A stretch of DNA of 64,000 nt from an uncultured Candidatus Rokubacteria bacterium (GTDB taxonomy: Bacteria; Methylomirabilota; Methylomirabilia; Rokubacteriales; CSP1-6): the NCBI GenBank assembly GCA_963747235.1, contig CAVVEU010000008.1, positions 192,001-256,000 of the forward strand, written 5' to 3'. How positions within the stretch are numbered: position 1 is the first letter of the stretch; every line of letters starts with the position of its first letter. This document shows, piece by piece, positions 11,402 through 23,283 of this stretch. The notes beneath the pieces were generated by a model that saw nothing but the letters and a program-made list of their open reading frames with translations, did not search any database and had not been told where the DNA came from. A program made the translations under genes and the position numbers.

Positions 11402-12289
11402 ATGGCACAGCCGATTTCCGCCGCCGATCCGTATCCGCGTCGCCGCGTGGCGACGCTCGACACCGAGATGGCCTACGTGGACGTGGGCGCGGGCGATCCG
11501 GTGGTGTTCCTCCACGGCAACCCGACCTCGTCCTATCTCTGGCGCAACGTGATCCCGCACGTCGAGGCGCTCGGCCGCTGCCTGGCTCCCGATCTGGTCG
11601 GCATGGGCGACTCGGGCCGGGCGCCCGCGGGCTCCTATCGCTTCGTGGACCACGCGCGCTATCTCGACGCCTGGTTCGACGCGATCGTCCCGGCGCGCCC
11701 GGTGACGCTGGTCGTGCACGACTGGGGCTCGGCGCTGGGCTTCGACTGGGCGCGGCGCCACCCGGAGCGCGTGCGCGGCGTCGTCTACATGGAGGCGCTC
11801 GTCCGGCCGGTGACGTGGGATGAGTGGCCGGAGCCGGCGCGGAAGGTCTTCCAGGCCATGCGGTCACCGGGCGGCGAGGAGATGGTGCTCCAGAAGAACG
11901 TGTTCGTGGAGCGGATCCTGCCCGCGAGCGTGCTGCGCGGCCTGACCGAGGCCGAGATGACGGTCTATCGCCGGCCGTACCTCGAGCCCGGCGAGTCGCG
12001 CCGCCCGACGCTGACCTGGCCGCGGCAGATCCCGATCGACGGCGAGCCCGCCGACGTCGTGGCCATCGCGGACGCGTACGCGACATGGCTGGCCGCGGCC
12101 GCCGACCTGCCGAAGCTCTTCGTCAACGCCGATCCGGGCGTCATCCTCACCGGGCCGCAGCGCGAGTTCTGCCGGCGCTGGCCGAACCAGCGGGAGGTCA
12201 CGGTGCGGGGCAGCCACTTCATCCAGGAGGATTCGCCGGACGAGATCGGCGAGGCGGTGGCCGCGTTCGTGGGGCGGCTGCCGCGCTGA
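11402..12289 (+). CDS. Haloalkane dehalogenase (HLD-II, LinB/DhaA-like)
   Basis: [18 protein letters not shown] nucleophile Asp-Trp, YMEAL acid, GSHFIQED base His. Confidence 0.9.
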   Translation: MAQPISAADPYPRRRVATLDTEMAYVDVGAGDPVVFLHGNPTSSYLWRNVIPHVEALGRCLAPDLVGMGDSGRAPAGSYRFVDHARYLDAWFDAIVPARPVTLVVHDWGSALGFDWARRHPERVRGVVYMEALVRPVTWDEWPEPARKVFQAMRSPGGEEMVLQKNVFVERILPASVLRGLTEAEMTVYRRPYLEPGESRRPTLTWPRQIPIDGEPADVVAIADAYATWLAAAADLPKLFVNADPGVILTGPQREFCRRWPNQREVTVRGSHFIQEDSPDEIGEAVAAFVGRLPR

Positions 12290-12296
12290 CCTCGCG

Positions 12297-12379
12297 CCCC
12301 CTCACCCTGCCCTCTCCCCCTCCGGGGGCGAGGGTTCCCCTTCTCCCTCTCCCCTCAGGGGAGAGGGCAGGGTGAGGGG
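12297..12379. repeat. REP-like element, inverted doublet
   Basis: CCCCTCACCCTGCCCTCTCCCC...CCCTCTCCCCTCAGGGGAGAGGGCAGGGTGAGGGG between convergent genes. Confidence 0.88.
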
Positions 12380-13258
12380 TCAGGCGAGGAACTCGCGGAT
12401 AACCCGCAGGAACTCGTCGAGGCGGTCGTGGTGCAGCCAGTGGCCGGCGCGGTCGAAGCCGATGACGGAGGCGTTGCGGAACGGCTCGAGGCGCCCGTCC
12501 TCGGCCGGATTGCCGGACCAGCTCTCCTTGCCGTAGAGCAGGAGCGTCGGGCAGGTGATGCGCGAGTAGAGCAGCGCGAGGTCCCGCAGGCGCATGTCGT
12601 AGGGCGGAAACACGCGCACGTAGTTGTCGAACTTCCAGCTATACGTCCCGTCCTCGTTCTGGTTCACCCCGTGGACGGTGAGGTGCCGCGCCTGCTCGGC
12701 GGAGAGATGCGGGTTCTCGTCCTGCATGCGGCGGAAGGCGTCCTCGATCGACGGGTAGCGGCGGGGGAGCCGGCCCGCCAGGTTGCGCTGCTCGCGGATC
12801 CACTCGTCCATCCGGTCCGCGATCGTCTTGGCCCTGCGCTCGGCGAGCTTCCGCGGCGACGGCCCCACGCCCTCGATGGACACCAGCCGGGCCACCGTCT
12901 CCGGGTAGATCCCGGCGTAGCGCAGCGCGATGTTGCCGCCCAGCGAGTGGGCCACGATGGTGACCGGGGCCAGCCGCTGGCCGTGGATGAGCTGGGCCAG
13001 GTCGTAGATGTAGCCGGCCATCGTGTAGCTGCCGTCGGTGGACCACTGGCTGTCGCCGTGGCCGCGCAGGTCCGGCGCGATGATGTGCCAGTCGTTGCGG
13101 AGCGCCGCCGCGGTCCAGTCCCAGTTGCGGCAGTGGTCGCGCCCGCCGTGGAGCAGCAGGAGCGGCGGCTTGTCGGGATTGCCCCAGTCGACATAGTGCA
13201 GGCGGAGGCGCTGGGAGAAGAACGTGTGCGACGCGGGGCCCGGCATGGTGTCGGTCAT
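12380..13258 (-). CDS. Alpha/beta hydrolase (Ser nucleophile)
   Basis: LLHGG, DLRGHGDS, AHSLGG, AGHWLH. Confidence 0.88.
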   Translation of the reverse strand: MTDTMPGPASHTFFSQRLRLHYVDWGNPDKPPLLLLHGGRDHCRNWDWTAAALRNDWHIIAPDLRGHGDSQWSTDGSYTMAGYIYDLAQLIHGQRLAPVTIVAHSLGGNIALRYAGIYPETVARLVSIEGVGPSPRKLAERRAKTIADRMDEWIREQRNLAGRLPRRYPSIEDAFRRMQDENPHLSAEQARHLTVHGVNQNEDGTYSWKFDNYVRVFPPYDMRLRDLALLYSRITCPTLLLYGKESWSGNPAEDGRLEPFRNASVIGFDRAGHWLHHDRLDEFLRVIREFLA

Positions 13259-14338
13259 GGATGACGGCTGATCCGGGGAGCCGCTCCCGTCAGGAGGTAG
13301 TCCACCGCGCGGCGGTGGCTCTCGAGCAGGCCGTCGAGCCGCGCGGGCTCGCCGCGGCCCCAGCCGCACTCGGTGGCCACGCCGAAGCCGCCGCCCACCG
13401 CGGCGCGCGCGGTGTCCATGCGCCGCCGGTCGCCCTCGACATCGTCGTGGTGGATGAGCCCCAGGTAGAGGCGCGTGCGCTCGGGCAGGCGCAGGCCGCG
13501 GAGCGGCGCGAAGTACGCGGCGTCGTCACGCTCGCGCGGCACCGGCAGGTGGATGAAGTCGAGCGGCCGCCTCACCGCGGCGACGATGGCGCGGGTGAGC
13601 TCGGCGAGCACGCCCGCGTCGGTCGGCATCACCAGGTGCTGATCGGCCGGGCTGCCGTAGCAGAGGTGATAGCCGAGCTCGACGTCGGCGGGCACCGCGG
13701 CGCCCAGGCGCTCGAGCAGGGCGAAGATCCGCGTCTTGTAGTCGGCGGGGCGGGACGGGAAGTAGTTCTCGAACACCAGCACCTCCTGGCAGATGTCCCA
13801 CTGGATGCTGAGCTCGGCGTGGGGGATGGCGGCCGTGATGTCGTCGAGCGCCCGGAGCAGCGAGCGCTCGTAGACCCGCAGGTAGTCGTCGTGCGCGCGC
13901 GGGCTCACGTACATGCAGGCGCTCGACATGGCGGTGGGCAGGCAGACCTGGAAGCGCAGCCCCGGCGGCACCACGCCCTCGCGGCGGAGCCGCGTGAAGA
14001 CGGCCCAGGACTCGCGCGCGGCCTCCGCGTAGCCGGTCGGGAACACGACGGAGTCGGGATCCACGCCGGGCCGGAAGCGCAGGAGATCGGTGCGGCGCAG
14101 CAGGGAGCCGTCCCACTGGCGCAGCTCGAGCAGCCCCGCGTCCGCGTCCACCTCCATGGCGGGATGGCGCTCGAGCATCGTCCGCTGCCAGTAGATCCAG
14201 CGCCGGCGCTCGCCGGTCTCGCCGTCGGGCATGCGCGAGAGCACGGGGCCGAGCGGCGGCGGAGAGGCGGCGGAAGACGTCCTCGGTGGTGGCGAGCGGG
14301 ACGCTGCCGATGAGGTGCGCGAGCCCCGGCGCGCTCAT
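13255..14338 (-). CDS. Cobalamin-independent methionine synthase II-like protein (frameshift near 14250)
   Basis: HLIGSVPL, PDGETGER, QWD, GYHLCYG, ATECGWGR. Confidence 0.7.
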
Positions 14339-15015
14339 CGGACCAGGGCCCCGCGGTCGAGCGTGGCCACGCGATCGGCGACCGCCTCGGCCACCGCCGT
14401 CTCCCGCTCGGTCAGCACGATCGTCGCGCCGGCGGCGCGCAGCTCGGCGATCAGCGCGGCCATGCCCGGGCGGTCTTCCAGGGGCAGGCGGCCGAGCGGG
14501 CTGTCGAGGAGGAGCAGGCGCGGCGCCAGGGCCAGGGCCTGGGCCAGCTCGAGCCGCGCGAGCTCCGCCGCCGAGAGCGCGTCGCGGCGCCGGCGCGCGT
14601 CGGCGGCGAGCCCGACGCGCTCGAGCAGCGCGGCGTCGCGCGCGCGGCCGTCCGCGCCGGGCCAGCGGGCCGCGACCGCGCTGAGCGGGCCCCAGCGCGG
14701 CCAGCGTCGCGCCAGCGTGATCGCCTCCGTGACCGCCAGGGACCAGGGCGGCGTGGAGATCTCGCCGACCCGGACCAGCCCCTGCCGGGCGCGCTCGCGC
14801 GGATCCGTCCCGGTGATCTCACGGCCGTCGTAGATCAGCCGGCCGGACTCGAAGGGGAGCGAGCCGGTGAGACAGCGCAGGCCGACGGTCTTGCCCGCGC
14901 CGGCGGGGCCGCAGAGCGCGAAGATCTCGCCCTCCTCCACGGTGAACGAGAGCGCGTCCAGCACGGCGACGCCGCCCACGCGGCAGGTGAGGCCGACGAC
15001 CTCCAGTATTCTCAT
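14335..15015 (-). CDS. LivG-like ABC ATP-binding protein, degenerate motifs
   Basis: Walker A GPAGAGKT; Walker B LLLLDS (Glu missing); H-loop TER. Confidence 0.7.
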   Translation of the reverse strand: MRILEVVGLTCRVGGVAVLDALSFTVEEGEIFALCGPAGAGKTVGLRCLTGSLPFESGRLIYDGREITGTDPRERARQGLVRVGEISTPPWSLAVTEAITLARRWPRWGPLSAVAARWPGADGRARDAALLERVGLAADARRRRDALSAAELARLELAQALALAPRLLLLDSPLGRLPLEDRPGMAALIAELRAAGATIVLTERETAVAEAVADRVATLDRGALVR

Positions 15016-15021
15016 GCGGGC

Positions 15022-15890
15022 CTAGCAGTCCAGTCGCGTCACGCGGGCTCCAGTCGAGGTCAGCGCGCGCACGCGCTCCATGAGGCCGGCCTGGTCCATC
15101 GTGGCCAGGCGCTGGCCGAGTACCACCGGGCGGCCGTGGACCCACACGTCGGTCACCGCCTGGTGGGACATCGCGTACACCACGTTCTTCAGCAGGTGCG
15201 CCCGCGGATGCAGCGACGGGTGCTCGAGATCCACCGCCACCAGGTCGGCGAGCATGCCGGGGGCGATGTCGCCCGCGGGCAGGCCCACAGCCGGCCGCCG
15301 TCCACCGTGCCCATCGCGAAGGCCTGCTCGGCGGGGAGCCGCGTGCCGTCGAGATGCCGCACCTTCTGGAGCAGCGCGGCCATCCGCATCTCCTCGAACA
15401 CGCTCAGGCGATTGTTGGTGCAGCCGCCGTCGGTGCCGAGCCCGATCAGGATGCCGAGCGCCTTCATCTCGGTGATGCGGGTGATGCCGTCGCCCAGGAT
15501 CATGTTGGACGACGGGCAGTAGGCGAGCCCGGCCCCGCGGTCGGCCATCAGGCCGAGCTCCTCGTCGTCGAGCCACACGCAGTGCACGCCGATCATGCGC
15601 GGGCCCAGCACGCCGAGCTTGTCGAGCAGGCGGATGGGCGTGGCCCCGTGCTCGGCGAGCGTGCGCTGGCCCTCGTACTGGCCCTCGGCGGCGTGGATGT
15701 GGAACTTGGTGTTGGCTTCTTCCGCGACCTCCCAGCCCGCGCGGATCATGGCGGGCGAGGCTCCGTGGGGGCTGTGCGGGGCCGGCTGCACGGCCACCAG
15801 CGCGTCGCCGGTGTGCGCGCGGATCAGCTCGCGGACCCGGCGCGCCGCGTCCGCGGGGGTCTCGCGATAGCGGGCGGGGGCGGTCTTCTC
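15022..15890 (-). pseudogene. Amidohydrolase (MTA/SAH deaminase-SsnA-like) lacking its N-terminal part
   Basis: APHSPH, HIHAAE, VHCVWL, CPSSN, LGTDGG, ADLVAVD; no N-terminal HxH region; frameshift near 15290. Confidence 0.7.
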
Positions 15891-16141
15891 CTCCGGCGCG
15901 CTCCAGCTCGACGGCCGCCCCACCACGGTCCCCGCGCTGGACGAGGAGCTCCGGAGGCTCAAGTCCGACAAGGGCGTGGTCTGGTACCACCGGCAGAATC
16001 CCGGCCAGCGAGCCCCCGCCGCAGGGCCAGGCCGTCATCCAGCTCATCATCAAGCATCAGCTCCCGGTCAGCATGTCGACGAAGCCCGATTTCTCGGACT
16101 ACGTCGACGACAAGGGCGTCTCGCGGCCCCGTCCCCGGTAG
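15883..16141 (+). pseudogene. C-terminal fragment of a hypothetical protein
   Basis: Strong GC3-biased reading VFSSGALQLDGRPTTVPALDEELRRLKSDKGVVWYHRQNP, then after 1-nt shift ASEPPPQGQAVIQLIIKHQLPVSMSTKPDFSDYVDDKGVSRPRPR*. Confidence 0.55.
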
Positions 16142-17455
16142 CTAGTACCGGTTCGCGATCGGCAGCTCGTCGGCCGGGAAGAGGGTGATGATCTGCGCGC
16201 CCTTCGGCGTCACGATCACTTCCTCCTCGATGCGCGCGGCCGAGGTGCCGTCGGTGGCCGGGCAGTAGGTCTCGACCGCGAAGACCATGCCGACCTCGAG
16301 CTCCATCGGATCGTCGAAGGAGTTCAGCCGCGAGATGATCGGCCGCTCGTGCAGGCCGAGGCCGAGCCCGTGGCAGAAGTTGAGGCCGAAGGCCGCCATC
16401 TCGCTCTCGAAGCCGATGTCCTGCGCGCGCGGGAAGGCGCGCGCGATGCGATCGGTGCCGACGCCCGGCTTGATGAGGGCGATGGCCCCGTCCATCCACT
16501 CGCGGGCGCGCTTGTAGGCGGTCTGCTGCGGCGCGGTCGCGCGCCCCACGCTGAAGGTGCGGTAGTAGCAGGTGCGGTAGCCCACGTAGGACTGGATGAT
16601 GTCGAAGAAGGCCTGGTCGCCCGGGCGGATGATGCGGTCGGTGAAGTTGTGCGGGTGCGGGGAGCAGCGCTCGCCGGAGATCGCGTTGATGGCCTCCACG
16701 CAGTCCGAGCCCATCTCGTAGAGCCGCTTGTTGGCCAGCGCCACGATGTCGTTCTCGCGCACCCCGGGCTTGAGCGCCTCGAAGATGTCCTGGTAGACGC
16801 CGTCGCCCATCGCGGCGGCCATGTTGAGCAGGACCAGCTCGTCCGCGTTCTTGATCACGCGGGCCTCCAGCATCACCTGCTGGCCGTCGCGCACCTGGAT
16901 GCCCACCTTCTGCAGCGCGAAGAGGAAGGGCGGCTCCACGACGTCGATGCCGAGCGGCATGCCCGCCACGCCCTCGCGGGTCAGGATGGCCTTGATCTCG
17001 CGCGCCGCCGCCTCGAAGAGGCCGGCCTTCGGCGAGACCGCGCCGCGCATGCCCACCATGCCGGCCAGGCACTGGTTCGGCGGGAGCTGCGGCGTGGAGA
17101 GGCGGTGATGCCGCGCCGCGGAGCCGAAATCCCACACCCAGGGCTGGCCGTTGCCGGTGAGCAGGCTCCAGCGGGTGAGCTTGTCGCGCGCCCACTCGCC
17201 GATGACGGTGCCGGAGATGTAGCGGATGTTGTACTGGTCGAAGAGCAGCAGGGCGCCCAGGCCCGACTTCGCGAGGGCCCGGCGGGTGCGGCCGAGGCGA
17301 TACTCGTGCAGGCGGTGGAAGTCCACCCGCTCCTCGAAATCCACCTGGGTGTGGCCGGGCGCCTGGATGGGCCGGTCCCAGCGGTGCTTCGGGTCCACCG
17401 CGTCGGACTTCCGGGCCGTGGCCTTCGTGGCCGGGGCCGCTGCCTTGCGCGCCAT
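16142..17455 (-). CDS. M24 Xaa-Pro peptidase/creatinase family protein
   Basis: Creatinase_N domain, CHGLGLGLHERP, AVETY, RIEEEV. Confidence 0.88.
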   Translation of the reverse strand: MARKAAAPATKATARKSDAVDPKHRWDRPIQAPGHTQVDFEERVDFHRLHEYRLGRTRRALAKSGLGALLLFDQYNIRYISGTVIGEWARDKLTRWSLLTGNGQPWVWDFGSAARHHRLSTPQLPPNQCLAGMVGMRGAVSPKAGLFEAAAREIKAILTREGVAGMPLGIDVVEPPFLFALQKVGIQVRDGQQVMLEARVIKNADELVLLNMAAAMGDGVYQDIFEALKPGVRENDIVALANKRLYEMGSDCVEAINAISGERCSPHPHNFTDRIIRPGDQAFFDIIQSYVGYRTCYYRTFSVGRATAPQQTAYKRAREWMDGAIALIKPGVGTDRIARAFPRAQDIGFESEMAAFGLNFCHGLGLGLHERPIISRLNSFDDPMELEVGMVFAVETYCPATDGTSAARIEEEVIVTPKGAQIITLFPADELPIANRY

Positions 17456-17534
17456 CTCCGCCTCCTCGCGTTCGTGGTGAGCGACGCGTCTCTCCTACCA
17501 CAGACCGTGGGGGTGCGATAGACTCGGCTGCATC

Positions 17535-19303
17535 ATGACGACGCCGTCCTCGCACGACGCCCCCGCCCAGGACGCCATGCCGACGACCAAGGGCCTGAAC
17601 TACTTCCTGGAAGACCGCAACTTCCAGTTCCTCTGCGAGTCGGTCATGGGCGCGGAGGTCTACGAGCGGGCCCGGCCGCACCTGACCGACCTGGGCGCGA
17701 TCGCGGGCGACGAGCTCGACGCGCTGGCCGCCGTCGCCGACCGCAATCCGCCCGTGCTGCGCGCCTGGGACGAGCGGGGGCGGCGCGTGGACGAGGTGGT
17801 GCGCCATCCGGCCTATCGCCGCATGGAGGAGATCGCCTTCTCCCGGTTCGGGCTGGCCGCCATGGCGCACCGGCCGGGCGTGCTGGGCTGGCCCGGCCGC
17901 GCCCCGCAGGTGCTCAAGTACGCGCTGTCGTATCTCTTCGCGCAGGCCGAGTTCGGCCTGCTCTGCCCGGTGAACATGACGGACTCGTGCGCGCGCATGC
18001 TCGGCGCGTTCGGCAGCGAGGAGCTCAAGGCGCGCTACCTGCCGCATCTCACCACCACCGAGTCCGACGCGCTCTGGCAGGGCACGCAGTGGATGACCGA
18101 GCGCACCGGCGGCTCCGACGTGGGCGCCTCCACCACGGTGGCCCGGCGCGGCGCCGACGGGCAGTGGCGCCTGTGGGGCGACAAGTGGTTCACCTCGGTG
18201 GCCAACGCGGAGCTCGCGCTGACGCTGGCGCGGCCCGAGGGGGCGCCCGAGGGCACGCGCGGGCTCGCGATGTTCCTGGTGCCCAAGCGCCTGCCGGACG
18301 GCAGCAAGAACGCGTGGACGATCAACCGGCTGAAGGACAAGCTCGGCTCGCGCTCCATGGCGACCGGCGAGGTGACCTACGCGGGGGCGGTCGGCGTACG
18401 TGGTGGGCGAGCTCGACTCGGGCTTCAAGCAGATGATGGAGATGGTCAACGGCTCGCGGCTGTCCAACGCGATGCGCGCGGCCGGCATCATGCGGCGCGC
18501 CCTGCTCGAGTCGCTGGTGCACGCGCGGCAGCGCGTGGCCTTCGGCCGGCCGCTGATCGAGCTGCCGCTGCTGCGCAGCAACCTGCTCGGCATGCTGCTC
18601 GACGCGGAGGCGGCGGCCTCGGTGATCCTGAACGGCGCCGCGCTGCTCGACCGGCGCGACACCGGGTCGGCCGAGGCGCGCGCGCTCGCGCGGGTGTGGA
18701 CGCCGCTCGCCAAGTACTGGATCACGCTGCGGGCCCGCGACGTGACGTCCGAGGCCATGAACGTCCGCGGCGGCAACGGCTACGTCGAGGAGTGGGTGAA
18801 CCCGCGCCTGCTGCGCGACGCCTACCTCGGCGCGATCTGGGAGGGCTCGGCCAACGTGGTGGCGCTCGACGTCCAGCGCGCGATCGCCAAGGACCACGGG
18901 CTCGAGGCGCTGGCCGCCTTCATGGCCGAGCGACTCGCGACGCGTGACGGAGCCGGCCGCGAAGCCGTGGGTGGACCTGGTGAAGGCGAACCTCGAGGCG
19001 GTGACGCGGCAGACCGCGGGCTGGGCCGCGCAGTCCGCGGCCGAGCGGGAGCTCGCCGCGCGCCCGGTGGCGGACACGCTCTACCATCTGCTCGCGGGCT
19101 CGCTGCTGCTGGCCGAGGGGCAGCTCCTGCGCGAGCAGGGCGGGGGCTACCGGAAGCTGCTCGCGGCCGGCCTCTATCTCAAGCGCTGGCTCGAGCCGCG
19201 CGGCCCCGCGAGCCCGCCGTTCACCGCGCGGCAGATCGAGTGGCTCGACGCCCTCGCGGAGTGGCGGCCCATCGCCGCCGCCGCGCTCGCGGACGTGGAC
19301 TAG
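17535..19303 (+). CDS. Acyl-CoA dehydrogenase, AidB-like (frameshifts near 18395 and 18945)
   Basis: CPVNMT, QWMTERTGGSDV, RLKDKLGSRS, GGNGYVEE, IWEGSANV. Confidence 0.85.
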
Positions 19304-19310
19304 GAGAGCC

Positions 19311-21305
19311 ATGGACGTCACCGAGATCATCTGGCGGCCCGACCCCGCGGCGGCCGCGCGCACCCGCATGGGCCGCTTCATGGCGCAGCACGGTCTCGCG
19401 ACCCTGGAAGACCTCCAGCGGCGCTCGATCGCGGAGCCCGAGTGGTACTGGGACGCGGTCTCCCGCGACCTGGGCCTGCACTGGTTCACGCCGTACCGCC
19501 GCGTGCTCGACGAGTCGCAGGGCATCCCGTGGCCGCGCTGGTTCGAGGGCGGCCGGCTCAACCTCGCCGACAACTGCGTGGACCGGCACATCGCCGAGGG
19601 ACGCGGCGGCAAGCCCGCGGTGATCGCCGAGGCGGAAGACGGCACGGTGCGCACGCTCACCTACGCGGAGCTGGCGGGGGAGATCAACCGGCTCGCCAAC
19701 GCGCTCAAGCGGCTCGGGATCCGGCCCGGGCGACACGGTCGGGATCTTCCTGCCCATGTGCGCCGAGGCGGTGATCGCCACGCTCGCGGTGGCGCGCATC
19801 GGCGCGGTGTACACGCCGTGCTTCTCCGGCTACGGCGCGCAGGCGGTGGCCTCGCGGCTCGACGGCTGCGGCGCGCGCCTGCTCATCACCGCGGACGCCT
19901 TCGCGCGCCGCGGCCAGGCGATCCCGCTCAAGCGCACCGCGGACGAGGCGGTGAGCGCCTCGCCCACCGTGGAGCACGTGATCGTGTACCGCCGCGGCGA
20001 CGGCGACGTGCCGTGGAAGGACGGCCGCGACCTCTGGTGGCACGAGCTGGTGGCCAAGGAGTCCACGGAGTGCCCCGCGCTGCCGGTCGAGGCCGATCAT
20101 CCGTGCCTGATCATCTACACGTCGGGCACCACCGGCCGGCCCAAGGGCACCGTGCTCACCCACGGCGGCTTCTCGATCAAGAACGCGCACGACTTCGCCT
20201 ATCTCTTCGACCTGGGCGAGAACGACCGGCTCTTCTGGGTGACCGATCTGGGCTGGCTCATGGGGCCGATGCTGATCGGCGGCGCCCTGCTCACCGGCGG
20301 CACCGCGGTGCTCTTCGAGGGCACGCCCGACTATCCGAAGCCGGACCGGCTCTGGTCCGTGCTGGAGCGCCACCGCGTCACCGTGCTCGGCATCTCGCCC
20401 ACCGCGGTGCGCGCGCTCATGCCCCACGGCGCCGAGTGGGTCACGCGCCACGATCTCTCGTCGCTCAAGCTGATGGCCTCGACCGGCGAGCCGTGGAACC
20501 CCGAGCCCTATCGCTGGCTCTTCGAGACCGCGGGGAAGGGCAAGCTGCCGATCATCAACTACACGGGCGGCACCGAGATCTCGGGCGGCATCCTCTCGTG
20601 CTTCCCGATCGCGCCCGATCAAGCCGTGCTCGTTCGCGGGGCCGATTCCCGGCATGGCCGCCGACGTCTACGACGACGACGGCCGGCCGGTGCGCGGGCA
20701 GGTGGGCGAGCTGGTCGTCACGCGGCCGTGGCCGGGCATGACCGCGGGCTTCTGGAAGGACCGCGAGCGCTACCTCGAGACCTACTGGTCGCGCTGGCCC
20801 GACGTGTGGGTGCACGGCGACTGGGCCTACGTCGATCCCGACGGCTTCTGGTTCATCCAGGGGCGCTCGGACGACACGCTGAAGATCGCGGGCAAGCGGG
20901 TGGGCCCGGCCGAGGTGGAGTCGGTGCTGGTGGGCCACCCGGCGGTGGCCGAGGCGGCCGCCATCGGCGTGCCGCACGAGATCAAGGGCGAGAGCGTGGT
21001 GTGCTTCGCGGTGCTGCGCCCCGGCCAGCAGCCGTCCGAGGCGCTCCGCGCCGAGCTCATCGAAGCACGTCGTGCGCTCGATGGGCAAGGCGATCCGCCC
21101 GGAGCGCGTGCTCTTCGCGCGCGAGCTGCCCAAGACCCGCAGCGCCAAGATCATGCGGCGGGTGGTGCGCGCGACCTACCTCGGCAAGGACCCCGGCGAT
21201 CTCTCCTCGCTCGACAACCCCGGCGGCGTGAAGGCGATCAGCGACGCCCAGTACGAGGGTTTCCCTCACCAATCCCTCTCCCCCTCGGCGGGAGAGGGTC
21301 AGTAA
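19311..21305 (+). CDS. Acetate/acyl-CoA ligase (AMP-forming), several frameshifts
   Basis: [39 protein letters not shown] across frames. Confidence 0.85.
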
Positions 21306-21338
21306 CCCTCCCCTCAGGGGAGAGGGTAGGGTGAGGGG
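21263..21338. repeat. REP-like element, inverted doublet overlapping 3' end of acyl-CoA ligase
   Basis: CCCTCACCAATCCCTCTCCCCC...CCCTCCCCTCAGGGGAGAGGGTAGGGTGAGGGG. Confidence 0.8.
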
Positions 21339-21343
21339 TGGTG

Positions 21344-23270
21344 CTAGGCCGCCCGCCGCCGCGAGTACGCGAAGGCGCCAACGATCAGCAGCACCAGCAC
21401 GAGCTGGGTGATCACGCCCTGCCACGTCGGGTAGAGGCCGAGCGACGGAATCGCGGGCAGGTCGAGCGGGCCGACCGGCAGGGTGCCCGCTTGCTGGAGC
21501 GCCGCGATGCCCTTGCCGGCGAGCACGACCGCCAGGACGGCCATGAGGATCGAGCCCAGGCCGAAGAACCAGCCGATCGGCAGCCGCAGGCCCAGCTTCA
21601 GGATCAGCCAGGCGAGCAGCCACGAGGCCCACGACGGCGGCGGCGAAGCCCCGCGCCCACCGCGACGCGGCCCGTCGGGGCCCGCCTCGAGCCAGAGCGC
21701 CTGGTAGAACAGCACGGTCTCGAACACCTCGCGGTAGACCGCGAGGAAGGAGATGGAGCCGAGCGCCCACATCGTGCGGCCGGAGAGGGCGGACTGCCAC
21801 GCGCGTCTCGATGAAGGCCTTCCAGCGCGCCGCGTGGGCGTGGCGGTGCATCCAGAAGCCCACGTAGAGCAGCATGGCCGCGGCCAGCAGCGCGGTGACG
21901 CCCTCGGTGATCTCGCGGCTCGGCCCCGCTCAGCGTGACCAGGTACGAGGCGGCCAGCCAGGTCAGCGCCGCCGAGCGCGAGCGCGGCGATCCAGCCCGC
22001 GTGCACGTAGCGCAGCGCCTCGCGGCGGCCCGACTTGATCAGCATGCGCGATGAGCGCGGCCACCACCAGGATGGCCTCGAGCCCCTCGCGCAGCAGGAT
22101 GACGAGCGCGCTCGTGAAGATGGTGGCGGGGGAGAGCCGGGCCGCGTCGAGGCGCTGGCGGGCGGTGACGAGCAGGGCCAGGATCGCGCGCGCCTGCGCC
22201 TCGACCGCGTCCACCGGCGCGCCGCGACTGGAGCAGGGTCCGGTAGCGCATCATCTCGGCCTCGACGCGGGTCTTGAGCGCGCCGTCCACCGCGCCGAGC
22301 GGGGCCTCGACCAGCTCGAAGCCCTCGAGATAGCCGGTGACGGCCAGCCGGTGCGCGCGCGGCGCGTCGCCGCGCCGATAGGCCTCGACGCTCTCGCCGG
22401 AGCAGGCGCGCGCTCAGATCGAGGGCGCGACTCGCGGCCCGATCGCGACCGCTTCGGGCTCGCTCGCGCAGGTAGGCCAGCACCGCCGCGCCGTCACCGC
22501 CCGGCGCGCGGTCACGTCGCGCGGCGTCGCCATCACCAGGGCGCGGAGGTCGCCGCAGCTCGCTCTTGCCCGCGCCGCCCTTCCAGAGCGCGGCGCCGCG
22601 CGCGCGCGCTCGTCGCCCGAGCTGGCGAGCGTGCTCACGTGGAAGGCCAGGGCCCACCGCTGCGCCTCGCTCAGCGCCGGGAAGCCGGTCATCGCCGTGC
22701 CCTTGATGCCGAGCGTGATCGTGTTGTAGAGCCCGAAGACGCTGTGCTGGCCCTGGCGGGCCGCGTCGGTGAGATCGGCGGGCGGCGGCGTCAGCCCCTT
22801 GGCCGCCGGGCCGTCGCCCCGGCCGGCGGCGCCGTGGCAGACCGCGCAGTGGGTGGCGAAGTCGGCGGCGGCGGGGCGCGAGATCCGGCGCCTGCCGGGG
22901 GCGACCCGCACCTGGTAGAGCTCGATGATGCGCCGGCGGAGGTCGCCCGCGATCGCGCGCCACTTCCTCGCCCGGGCCGCTTGTCGCCGGATCGCGCCCA
23001 CGAGGCCGCCGCCGTCGCCTCGAGCGCGGCGCGCTCGGGCCGGCCGGGCAGCTCGGCGATCATGGTGCGCACGCCGGTCGGCGAACTCGAGCTGCTCGTC
23101 GTACTCGCCCTGGTCGACGACCTTGCCGTCCTTGACCGCGCTCCGGATAGTCGACGCCCAGGTAGTCGAGCACGTGCAGGATCGGCGCGAAGGGATCGGC
23201 GTCGGCGGCGACGCGCGGGGCCCGCCGTGAGCCCGACGCGCCGGGTCAGGAGAGTCAGGACGCGCGCACG
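21344..23270 (-). CDS. Cytochrome c / FTR1-family iron permease fusion (PbrT-like), heavily frameshifted
   Basis: CAVCHG haem motif; ILLREGLEA and VYREVFET REXXE motifs; YLEGFELVE; start approximate. Confidence 0.8.
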
Positions 23271-23283
23271 GATGAAGCGAGCG

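Noticed and set aside
12380-13258. Epoxide hydrolase completing a dehalogenation pathway (also 53678-54505)
   Set aside because: Both have a Ser nucleophile (HSLGG/HSMGG), not the Asp of epoxide hydrolases
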